Positions 16,413 through 23,765 of a DNA stretch of 64,000 nucleotides are shown piece by piece. Made by a program: the position numbers and the translations under genes. Numbering within the stretch: the first letter of the stretch is position 1; every line of letters begins with the position of its first letter. Location: NCBI GenBank assembly GCA_035712365.1, contig DASTAW010000064.1, positions 5,203 to 69,202 on the forward strand, written 5' to 3'. The notes beneath the pieces were generated by a model. That model was not told the DNA's origin. It was given only the letters and a program-made list of their open reading frames with translations, and did not search any database. This DNA comes from Terriglobia bacterium (GTDB lineage: Bacteria > Acidobacteriota > Terriglobia > UBA7540).

Positions 16413-16754
16413 ATGAGCCGGGAAAAAGCCGAAGTCCTGCAGGGCACGCTGGACCTGATGGTCCTGAAAACTCTGGAGACCATGGGGCCGATGCACGGGT
16501 TCGGCATCGCGCGCCGCATCGAGCAGGTGTCGGAAAACCTTCTGCAACTGAACCAGGGCACGCTTTACCCGGCGCTGCTGCGCCTCGATCAGAAGGGTTG
16601 GATTGCGTCCAGGGAGGGCGTTTCGGAAAACAATCGCCGCGCCCGGTTCTATTCGCTGACCCGCGCCGGCCGCCGCCAGCTTAAAAGGGAAGCCGAAAAT
16701 TGGGAACGGATGACCGCCGTCATCGCGCGCCTGCTGGCCGGAAGCGATGCATGA
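16413..16754 (+). CDS. PadR family transcriptional regulator (acidobacterial ADOP-associated type)
   Basis: Has LQGTLDLMVLKTLETMGPMHGFGIARRIEQ...LNQGTLYPALLRLDQKGWI. ATG 16413 has AAGGAG 9 nt upstream. The longest ORF starts at 16377. Confidence 0.9.
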   Translation: MSREKAEVLQGTLDLMVLKTLETMGPMHGFGIARRIEQVSENLLQLNQGTLYPALLRLDQKGWIASREGVSENNRRARFYSLTRAGRRQLKREAENWERMTAVIARLLAGSDA

Positions 16755-16766
16755 ATTGGTAGCGGC

Positions 16767-17062
16767 GAGTTTACCTTAGGCTTGTCCAAATTAGGTTTTC
16801 AAACCTCGCTAATTTGGACAGCCTCTAGCCAGTGTGCGTATTTTGGCCGGGCCTGGGGTGCCACGATAGGGCCGAAATCCGCTGGTCCAACAGGGTTTTG
16901 GACGCTTTCCGACTTCAGCGTGGCACCTCGCGCTAATTTGGACAGCCGGTGGCCAGAGCAGGAACCTGATCTTGGGGTGGCAACCGTGCCGATTGAAATC
17001 AAAGGGCTTAACCCGTCCAAATGGCCTTTTCCCAGCTAATTTGGACAGCCGTGAGTTTACCT
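16767..17062 (+). mobile_element. MITE-like 276-bp hairpin-array element with 10-bp flanking direct repeats
   Basis: Direct repeats gagtttacct lie at 16767-76 and 17053-62. The terminal inverted repeats are ggcttgtccaaattag (16779-94) and ctaatttggacagcc (17036-50). Internal copies of ctaatttggacagcc lie at 16809-23 and 16933-47. There is also a 9-bp stem, ggtgccacg/cgtggcacc. Confidence 0.65.
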
Positions 17063-17117
17063 CGCCACGTCGGTGTTTGGCGGCGTAAAGCCGCCGCTAC
17101 AGGTTTTGGGGGTTGAC

Positions 17118-19748
17118 ATGACCGGGTTACGAATGCTGCTTTTAAAATTCATCGGCCTGTTCCGCAAGGCACGGCTCGAACAACGGCTTGATGAAGATGT
17201 GCGCGCCCACCTCGACATGCTCACCGAAGAAAACCTGCGCAAAGGCATGACACCGGAGGAAGCCCGCTACGCAGCTCAGAGGCAATTCGGAAATGTCGCC
17301 AGCATGAAGGAAGAATGCCGCGACAAGTGGGGCATGCGCTTCGTCAGCGAACTCGCCCAGGACCTCCGCTACGGCCTCCGCCAGCTCCGCCGCAACCCGT
17401 GCTTTACGGCAGTCGCTGTTCTCACGCTTGCTTTAGGCATAGGGGCGAACACGGCAGTTTTCACGGTGGTCAACGGAGTGTTGTTACGACCGATGCCTTT
17501 TCCGGAGGCGGACAGGCTCTTCCTGATCTCGCTGACGCCGAGGGGCGGACCCTTTGAATGGCAACCCGGCGTCGCGGACCGCGATTATCTTGAATTTCTT
17601 GGCCAAAACCGAGCTTTCGAGCAGATCGCTTCTTTTAGCAACAGCGGAACCACGGCTAGTCTGACGGGGGCGGGCGATCCAGTCCAGATTCCGGTAGCGT
17701 ATGTAACGACGAGTTTTTTTGCCACGCTTCGCACAAATCCTAGCATCGGTCGCAGGTTTCTGGCAGGCGAGGGGGAACCGGGAAACGACGGTGTCGCGGT
17801 ATTAAGCAACGAACTCTGGAAAGAGCGGTTCGGCTCAGACTCTGAAATTCTGGGAAAAACCATTCGCCTTGATGGCGTCAACCGCACGGTGGTCGGCGTC
17901 ATGCCTGCCGGATTTTCATTTCCCGGCGCGAAGGTGTGGATGCCGCTGGCCATTCGAATCAACCAGCATAATTCGTTCACTCGGCCGGTGGTGGGGCGGC
18001 TGAAGCCAGGCGTTACCCCTCAACAAGCGCAAGCCGAACTCGAAACATTCGCCAAGCGTCTACCTTTCGATCCAGGTCAAAGACGCGGCTTGCCGCAGAT
18101 CATTCCATTAAAGGATTTGTTGGTCGCAAACATTCGACCGTCGTTGCTGGTGTTCGCCGGTGCGGTCGCATTCGTGCTACTGATCGCGTGCGCAAATGTG
18201 GCCAACCTCTTCTTAGCACGAGCAACCGGCCGCGGGCAGGAACTGGCTGTGCGTAGCACGCTGGGCGCAAGCCACTGGCGGCTCTCGCGCCAGTTGCTCG
18301 CGGAAAGCACTCTGGTTTCGCTGATAGGGGGCGCGGCTGGAATGTTGCTCGCTTTCTGGAGTGTCCGGGCTCTTATTGCGCTGGCGCCTGCCGGAAAAGT
18401 TCCCCGCATGGAGATGATTCAAATCAATGGATGGGTCCTGGCGTTTACGTTTGTCCTCTCGGCTCTCACTGGCGTGGTGGTGGGCTTTGTGCCCGCCTTC
18501 CAGTCCACTCGTCACGGGGCAGGCGAATCTCTGAAACAAACTGGGCGTGGCGTGAGTGCCGGGCACAAGGGAATACGAAGCGCGCTGACGATTTCCGAGA
18601 TGGCCCTTGCAGTGATCCTGCTGACGGGCGCGGGCTTGATGCTGAAGAGCTTTTTGAGGCTACGGGCTGTGAATCCGGGCTTTTCGCCCGATAGCGTGAT
18701 GACCATGACCGTTGACCTGCCGGATTCCATCTATGGCACTGCAAGTCAGATGCAACTTTTTCATACGCGAACGCTCGCGGAGCTTTCCCGGCTGCCAGGA
18801 GTACTTGCGACAGGTATGGTGAACTGGATACCACTGGGCGAAGGTTTGGTAATCGGAACATTCCAAGTGGAAGGAGGAACGCGGCCCCCGGGCTTCATGG
18901 TGGACAAACCGTGCGTGAGCCCTGGTTATTTCAGGGTCATGGGAATACCGCTGCTGCGCGGGCGCGAGTTTACGGAAGAGGACACGGCGACTGCTCCGGG
19001 CGTCGTGATTGTGAGCGAATCTGTCGCACGCACGTTGTGGCCTGGCAAAGATCCCATTGGGAAACGCATTTCGATGGAAGATGAACCTGGGCCTAAAGAT
19101 TGGCTCACTGTGGTTGGGATTGTGGGTGACATTAAGCAGCAAGGACTGGCAAAAAAATCGGAACCCGCCATATATCAGCCTTATTCTCAAGCCGCAAATC
19201 CGTTCTTTCTGAGCCACATGACTTTTGTGGTGAGGACCGCCTTGCCTCCGGAGAGCGTCGCGGGAAGCCTGCGTGCAGTTCTGCGCAATGTGGACAAGAA
19301 CCAGCCTGTGTCGATCGCCTCCATGAACAGCGTGATTGCCGTAACGACAGCCGAGCCGCGATTCCAGACAAGGTTGCTGACCACATTCGCGCTGATGGCA
19401 TTGGTTCTCACCATTGTGGGCATTTACGGCGTTCTGGCGTACTCCGTTGCGCAGCGCACGCACGAGATTGGCATTCGCGTGGCGCTCGGTGCGCAGAAAA
19501 GAGATGTTCTTGGAATGGTCATCGGGCAGGGGCTGAAGCTGGCTCTCATTGGCGTTGCAATTGGCGTTGCCGGGGCGTTGGCGCTGACACGATTTCTCGC
19601 GAGCCTGCTCTACGGCGTCAAGCCCACCGACCCGCTCACCTTCGTTGCCGTCTCGCTCACCCTCATCGCCGTGGCGCTCGTGGCCTGCTACATCCCCGCC
19701 CGCCGAGCGGCGAAAGTCGATCCGATGGTGGCACTGCGATATGAATAG
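17118..19748 (+). CDS. ADOP family duplicated permease (MacB/FtsX-like, two MacB_PCD+FtsX halves, no ATPase domain)
   Basis: 876 aa from ATG 17118. The family N-terminus is LKFIGLFRKARLEQRLDEDVRAHLDMLTEENLRKGM and the C-terminus is ACYIPARRAAKVDPMVALRYE. Confidence 0.9.
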   Translation: MTGLRMLLLKFIGLFRKARLEQRLDEDVRAHLDMLTEENLRKGMTPEEARYAAQRQFGNVASMKEECRDKWGMRFVSELAQDLRYGLRQLRRNPCFTAVAVLTLALGIGANTAVFTVVNGVLLRPMPFPEADRLFLISLTPRGGPFEWQPGVADRDYLEFLGQNRAFEQIASFSNSGTTASLTGAGDPVQIPVAYVTTSFFATLRTNPSIGRRFLAGEGEPGNDGVAVLSNELWKERFGSDSEILGKTIRLDGVNRTVVGVMPAGFSFPGAKVWMPLAIRINQHNSFTRPVVGRLKPGVTPQQAQAELETFAKRLPFDPGQRRGLPQIIPLKDLLVANIRPSLLVFAGAVAFVLLIACANVANLFLARATGRGQELAVRSTLGASHWRLSRQLLAESTLVSLIGGAAGMLLAFWSVRALIALAPAGKVPRMEMIQINGWVLAFTFVLSALTGVVVGFVPAFQSTRHGAGESLKQTGRGVSAGHKGIRSALTISEMALAVILLTGAGLMLKSFLRLRAVNPGFSPDSVMTMTVDLPDSIYGTASQMQLFHTRTLAELSRLPGVLATGMVNWIPLGEGLVIGTFQVEGGTRPPGFMVDKPCVSPGYFRVMGIPLLRGREFTEEDTATAPGVVIVSESVARTLWPGKDPIGKRISMEDEPGPKDWLTVVGIVGDIKQQGLAKKSEPAIYQPYSQAANPFFLSHMTFVVRTALPPESVAGSLRAVLRNVDKNQPVSIASMNSVIAVTTAEPRFQTRLLTTFALMALVLTIVGIYGVLAYSVAQRTHEIGIRVALGAQKRDVLGMVIGQGLKLALIGVAIGVAGALALTRFLASLLYGVKPTDPLTFVAVSLTLIAVALVACYIPARRAAKVDPMVALRYE

Positions 19749-19864
19749 GGCAGTGGTCAGTGATGAGTGGCTATTGACCAAATAAGAGTGGGAACGAGGG
19801 GCACGCTGTAGCGGCGCGTTGACCGCGCCAAGTCCGGGACCCCCGGCGTAAAGCCGCACAACCA

Positions 19865-19916
19865 GTGGCACGGGCGTCTCGCCCGTGATTCTTCATGGGC
19901 AGGACGCCCATGCCAC
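19865..19916 (+). repeat. twin perfect hairpins in the leader of the second permease
   Basis: The first is cacgggcg-tct-cgcccgtg (19869-87). The second is catgggc-aggac-gcccatg (19894-912). They are flanked by gtgg...ccac. Confidence 0.8.
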
Positions 19917-19930
19917 CAAAGGAACATGAT

Positions 19931-22645
19931 ATGGCTCTGCTGCGAACCTTAGTTTTGAAATTCGCCGGAATTTTCCGCAAGGCGCGCCTCGAAGAGCAAT
20001 TGGATGAAGACATCCATTCGCATCTCGACATGCTCACCGAAGAAAACCTGCGCAAAGGCATGACACCGGAAGCCGCCCGCTACGCCGCGCAGAGGCAATT
20101 CGGAAATGTCGCCAGTATGAAGGAACAATGCCGCGAGCGCTGGACCATCCGCATCATCGAGGAAGTTGTCCAGGACCTCTGCTACGGCCTCCGCCAACTC
20201 CGCCGCAATCCCGGATTCACGCTTGTCGCCATTCTCACCCTCGCCCTTGGCATCGGCGCCAACACAGCGATTTTCAGTTTAATTAATGCCGTGCTGCTTC
20301 GGACTTTGCCCGTATCGAGACCCGACGAACTGCTGCAGTTGAATGTCCAGGATCCCCGTGGACCTAATTGGCTTGGCGCGAGTTTTACGAATCCGCTGTG
20401 GGAGCAGACACGCGACCGGCAGAACGTCTTCTCAGGCCTCTTCGCGTGGAGCGTGAACAGGTTCGACCTGGCAGGCGGAGGCGCCGTTCACATGGTGAAT
20501 GGAGTCTGGGTGAGTGGCGGGTTTTTCAGTTCGCTGGGGCTTCATCCTGCCGCCGGACGTCTGATCACCGCTTCCGATGACCGGCGCGGCTGTCCGGCTG
20601 TGGGCGTGCGGGGCTATGGTTTCTGGCAGGACCATTTCGGCGGGCAGGACAGCGCCATCGGCAGCAACCTTTCGCTCTACGGCCATCCCGTCGAGGTGAT
20701 TGGCGTTGCGCCTTCCGGCTTCTACGGCATGGACGTGGGCGAAAAATTTGACGTGGCCCTGCCCATCTGTGCCGCGGCAATCTTCGACAGGGATCGCGGA
20801 AAGCAATCCCGGCTGGACCAGCGAGACTGGTGGTGGCTGATGGTTGCCGGACGCATCAAGCCGGGCATCAATCGGAACCAGGTGGCCGCACAGTTGCGTG
20901 TGATTTCTCCACAGATTTTCGACGCCGCCACGCCGCAGGACTGGTCACCCAGCATGCAGAAAAACTTCAAGAAGAAAACGCTCACGGCAATCCGCGCTGC
21001 TACCGGTACCTCTGCGTTGCGCCGGAATTTCGAACGGCCACTCGACATTCTGATGGCCGTGGTCGGCCTGGTGCTATTGATTGCCTGCGCCAACATTGCC
21101 AGCCTCATGCTGGCCCGCGCGGCTGCGCGTCACAAGGAGATCGCAGTGCGGCGCGCTCTGGGCGCCACTCGGCGGCGGTTGATTTGCCAGTTGCTGACGG
21201 AGTGCTTTATGCTCTCTTCGGCAGGCGCGCTCTTGGGACTGCTGTTCGCCCGCTGGGGCAGCGCTTTGCTTGTGCGCTACCTCTCGACAACCCATAATCA
21301 AGTGTTCCTGGATCTTTCTCTCGACTGGCGCGTGCTTGGATTCACAGCAGCCATAGCCTTGCTGACCGGCATCCTGTTCGGGGTTTTGCCGGCATTCCGT
21401 TCCACGCGCATATCACTGACCACGGCAATGAAGGGTGGCGACGCCGTGGAGATCGAAAATCCCCTGCGCTTTCGGGCCCGCAAGTGGATTGTGGCGTGCC
21501 AGGTGGCGATGTCGCTGGTCCTGCTGGTGGCGTCAGGGCTGCTGCTTCGGAGCTTCGCCAAGCTCGCCACGCTGGATATCGGCTTCGATCGCAACAACGT
21601 CCTGCTGGTGGACGCCAATCTTTCGGTAGCGAAAGTGCCACCAGAACAACAGCAAGCGACTTACCAGGCGATTGAGCGCCGGCTGGGCGCCTTGCCGGGT
21701 GTGATCTCCATTGGCAGGTCCGCGCTCACTCCTATCAGCGGCTTTGAATGGAACGGCGCCATCGGCACGGAGTGGTCGAAAGGTCTGACCGGAGAGAACG
21801 CTGTGGCTTACTTCAACTCAGTCTCGCCGGGCTTCTTCCAGACGCTGCGAATGCAGAGGGTGGCCGGCCGCAACTTCAATGATGGCGACAAAAAGGGCGC
21901 GCCCGAGGTGGCGATCATCAACCAGACCCTTGCGCAGCGGTTCTTTCCCCACCTGGATCCCCTCGGGAAGACGTTCCGGGTCGAGCAGGATTCCGGACAG
22001 CCCGGTCCTCCCATTGAAGTAGTCGGCGTGGTTCGGGATTCCAAGTATGAATCGTTGCGTGAGGAGACTCCCGCCACGGCCTTTTTCCCAATCGCCCAGC
22101 AACTGCAAGGCGCCGGGCAGTTCGAACTGCGTACCGCAATACCACCCTCGGCGATTGTTCCGAGTGTTGAGGCTGCTGTGGCAGAAGTAAACGGTGAGGT
22201 TCCTCTCCAGTTCAATTCTCTGGCTGAGCAGGTAAACGATTCATTGGTTCCGGAACGAATGCTGGCGCTGTTGTCGGGCTTCTTTGGCGCACTGGCTTTG
22301 TTGCTGGCGATGATCGGCCTCTACGGCACGTTCAGCTATCTGGTCAGGCAGCGGCAGGTCGAATTCGGCATTCGGATGGCATTGGGCGCACAGCCGGGAT
22401 CGATATTGAGGCTCGTGATGCGCGATGTGATTGCTGTGTTGGCGGCCGGGCTCCTCGCTGGTGCAGGGTTTTCGCTGGCCTCGACGAGCCTGCTCCAGAA
22501 AATGCTTTTTGGGCTGGGAGCACGCGACATTGTAACGATGATCGGAGCAGCCGGCATACTCTCTCTCGCCGCCCTTCTGGCCTGCTACATCCCCGCCCGG
22601 CGAGCCGCCAAGGTTGATCCCATGGTGGCCCTCAGATATGAGTAG
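19931..22645 (+). CDS. ADOP family duplicated permease, paralog 2
   Basis: 904 aa from ATG 19931, with AAGGAA 6 nt upstream. The N- and C-terminal signatures match the first copy. Confidence 0.9.
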   Translation: MALLRTLVLKFAGIFRKARLEEQLDEDIHSHLDMLTEENLRKGMTPEAARYAAQRQFGNVASMKEQCRERWTIRIIEEVVQDLCYGLRQLRRNPGFTLVAILTLALGIGANTAIFSLINAVLLRTLPVSRPDELLQLNVQDPRGPNWLGASFTNPLWEQTRDRQNVFSGLFAWSVNRFDLAGGGAVHMVNGVWVSGGFFSSLGLHPAAGRLITASDDRRGCPAVGVRGYGFWQDHFGGQDSAIGSNLSLYGHPVEVIGVAPSGFYGMDVGEKFDVALPICAAAIFDRDRGKQSRLDQRDWWWLMVAGRIKPGINRNQVAAQLRVISPQIFDAATPQDWSPSMQKNFKKKTLTAIRAATGTSALRRNFERPLDILMAVVGLVLLIACANIASLMLARAAARHKEIAVRRALGATRRRLICQLLTECFMLSSAGALLGLLFARWGSALLVRYLSTTHNQVFLDLSLDWRVLGFTAAIALLTGILFGVLPAFRSTRISLTTAMKGGDAVEIENPLRFRARKWIVACQVAMSLVLLVASGLLLRSFAKLATLDIGFDRNNVLLVDANLSVAKVPPEQQQATYQAIERRLGALPGVISIGRSALTPISGFEWNGAIGTEWSKGLTGENAVAYFNSVSPGFFQTLRMQRVAGRNFNDGDKKGAPEVAIINQTLAQRFFPHLDPLGKTFRVEQDSGQPGPPIEVVGVVRDSKYESLREETPATAFFPIAQQLQGAGQFELRTAIPPSAIVPSVEAAVAEVNGEVPLQFNSLAEQVNDSLVPERMLALLSGFFGALALLLAMIGLYGTFSYLVRQRQVEFGIRMALGAQPGSILRLVMRDVIAVLAAGLLAGAGFSLASTSLLQKMLFGLGARDIVTMIGAAGILSLAALLACYIPARRAAKVDPMVALRYE

Positions 22646-22669
22646 CGGCGCGTTCACCGCGCCATCCCC

Positions 22670-22856
22670 GATTGGTGATTGAGCGATTGGGTGATTGCGC
22701 GATTGAAATGAATTATGAATTCTGAATGAAGTATGAAAGCAGGTGGGCATCTCAATTACGAATTGCGAGTTTCGAAGGCTTTGTGGTTCTGAGTTCAGGA
22801 TTCTGAGTTACGTGTCTGAGATCTGAAATTTGGAACCTGGAATTTGGGATTTGAAT
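22670..22856 (+). repeat. mosaic of consecutive short-word tandem arrays
   Basis: GATTG x5 (22670-22705), then (T)ATGAA words, then AATTRCG x2, then TCTGAG x3-4 (22787-22825), then AATTTGG x3 (22826-22852). There is no plausible coding frame. Confidence 0.8.
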
Positions 22857-23002
22857 CAAGTGGGAGGGGCAGCTTTACGCCGCCACGGATGGCGGGATAA
22901 ACCCGCGCTACAAGTTTTCGCCAGGATTAACTGCGGAACCTGTCTGCGACCTGCCGCTCCTGACTTCTGGCTCCTGCCTCCAGCCTTTCCCGCCGATTTT
23001 GC

Positions 23003-23031
23003 TTGACTTTTGTCGGCTAGCGTGATAGTCT
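23003..23031 (+). promoter_or_regulatory. orphan sigma70-like promoter (no ORF for ~700 nt downstream)
   Basis: TTGACT (23003-08), N17, TAGTCT (23026-31), with a TG at the extended -10 position (cgTGaTAGTCT). Confidence 0.4.
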
Positions 23032-23037
23032 CAATAA

Positions 23038-23490
23038 TGCTTCCTGGTAAGGCGCGGGGCCGGGCGCAAGTCTTGCAGAGAGGCAGGCAAAACCTGCCAG
23101 GTTAAACAGCCAAATTGGCGGTGCAGGATCAGGGAATGAAGCACAGTGTTTGCAGCGCACGGTCTATGGTTGGCCCGGCGGTTTTCTCAGTGGCCGGTAG
23201 ACGAATGCGTGCCGGCAACGAGCGAATTTTCGCAGTCCCCAAAAAGGCACTTTTCGCGCTGGTTTTGAGGCAAATGGGACAAAAAAACACGTTTTTTTAA
23301 AAACGAACCGGAGAGGTTGTTGAAAACAAAGGAAAATTGCTAAAAAACGAACCGGAAACGAACCTAAAACGAAGCGGAGAAGTTGTTGAAAACACGTAGC
23401 TGTGGAAAAAACAAACCGGAACGAACCTGAAAACGAAGCTGGCCATGTTGTTGATAATACGTGAGAGCCGAAAAACGTACCCGGTTCCAA
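23038..23490 (+). ncRNA. candidate non-coding transcript: a GC-rich structured 5' part followed by A-rich GGA-bearing tandem repeats
   Basis: It lies downstream of the orphan promoter. Local hairpins include ggcagg-caaaa-cctgcc and gtgc-AGGATCAGGGAATGAA-gcac. I recognised no Rfam family by eye. The ends are undefined. Confidence 0.2.
23299..23484 (+). repeat. degenerate tandem repeat, ~64-bp period, 3 copies plus a partial fourth copy, A-rich
   Basis: aaaaac[ga]aaccgga occurs at 23299, 23343 and 23407, with a partial copy at 23471. gttgttga[at]aa[ct]a occurs at 23316, 23382 and 23447. Copy 1 contains the palindrome TTGTT-GAA-AACAA. Six GGA motifs lie within about 110 nt. Confidence 0.85.
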
Positions 23491-23644
23491 TGGGCATTTC
23501 TCACTTTGCCGCCGCGAGTTGCCCCGCCCGGGGCTAGACGATCAACCGGGCTTCATCAGTTTCGCTGATTTCAACTGAATCGGAACCGCGTCTGACTCCC
23601 GCCCCAAGCGATGGAAACCGCTTGCACAATCGAGGCTCGCGGGT

Positions 23645-23673
23645 TTGCGGGCTCGCCTTGCGCATGGCATAAT
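23645..23673 (+). promoter_or_regulatory. sigma70-like promoter for the dienelactone hydrolase gene
   Basis: TTGCGG-N17-CATAAT. Confidence 0.45.
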
Positions 23674-23765
23674 GCACCGCAACAAACTGGGGAAACCACG
23701 TATGACGTCATTATGGCGTTGCCGTCGCTGCGAGATTGTCTGTGAGCCGGAGCTTGGTCACCGAA

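Noticed and set aside
16782-17039. An 85-aa ORF between padR and the permease.
   Set aside because: It lies entirely within the hairpin-array element. Its repeated peptide segments (LIWTA, ANLDS) are just translations of the DNA repeat.
17118-22645. The tandem permeases could be part of a complete MacAB-type ABC exporter.
   Set aside because: No ORF with an ABC ATPase (Walker A / signature LSGGQ) or a membrane-fusion protein exists in the window. This is consistent with the known 'orphan' status of ADOP permeases.
23040-23230. Fragments resemble cobalamin-riboswitch (AGGGAA, GGTGC) or SRP-RNA (TCAGG..GAAGCA) motifs.
   Set aside because: Only isolated short matches are present. The B12 box, the GCCACTG core and the SRP GGAA tetraloop helix are all absent. 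I cannot call a known RNA family by eye.
23401-23410. tgtggaaaa is a DnaA-box-like 9-mer (8/9 to TGTGGATAA) in an AT-rich repeat region, which could suggest an origin.
   Set aside because: It is a single imperfect box with no dnaA/dnaN context. This is insufficient for an origin.
23299-23484. The ~64-65 bp periodicity could suggest a small CRISPR array.
   Set aside because: The whole unit is repeated, including the would-be spacers. The 'repeats' are only loosely conserved, and no cas genes are nearby. It is a degenerate tandem repeat, not repeat-spacer architecture.
23164-23490. A 108-aa minus-strand ORF with a repeated CFQQ(L/P)LRFV peptide.
   Set aside because: It is a Phe-rich translation of the T-rich complement of the tandem repeat. 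It has no Shine-Dalgarno and no recognisable fold, so it is most likely non-coding.
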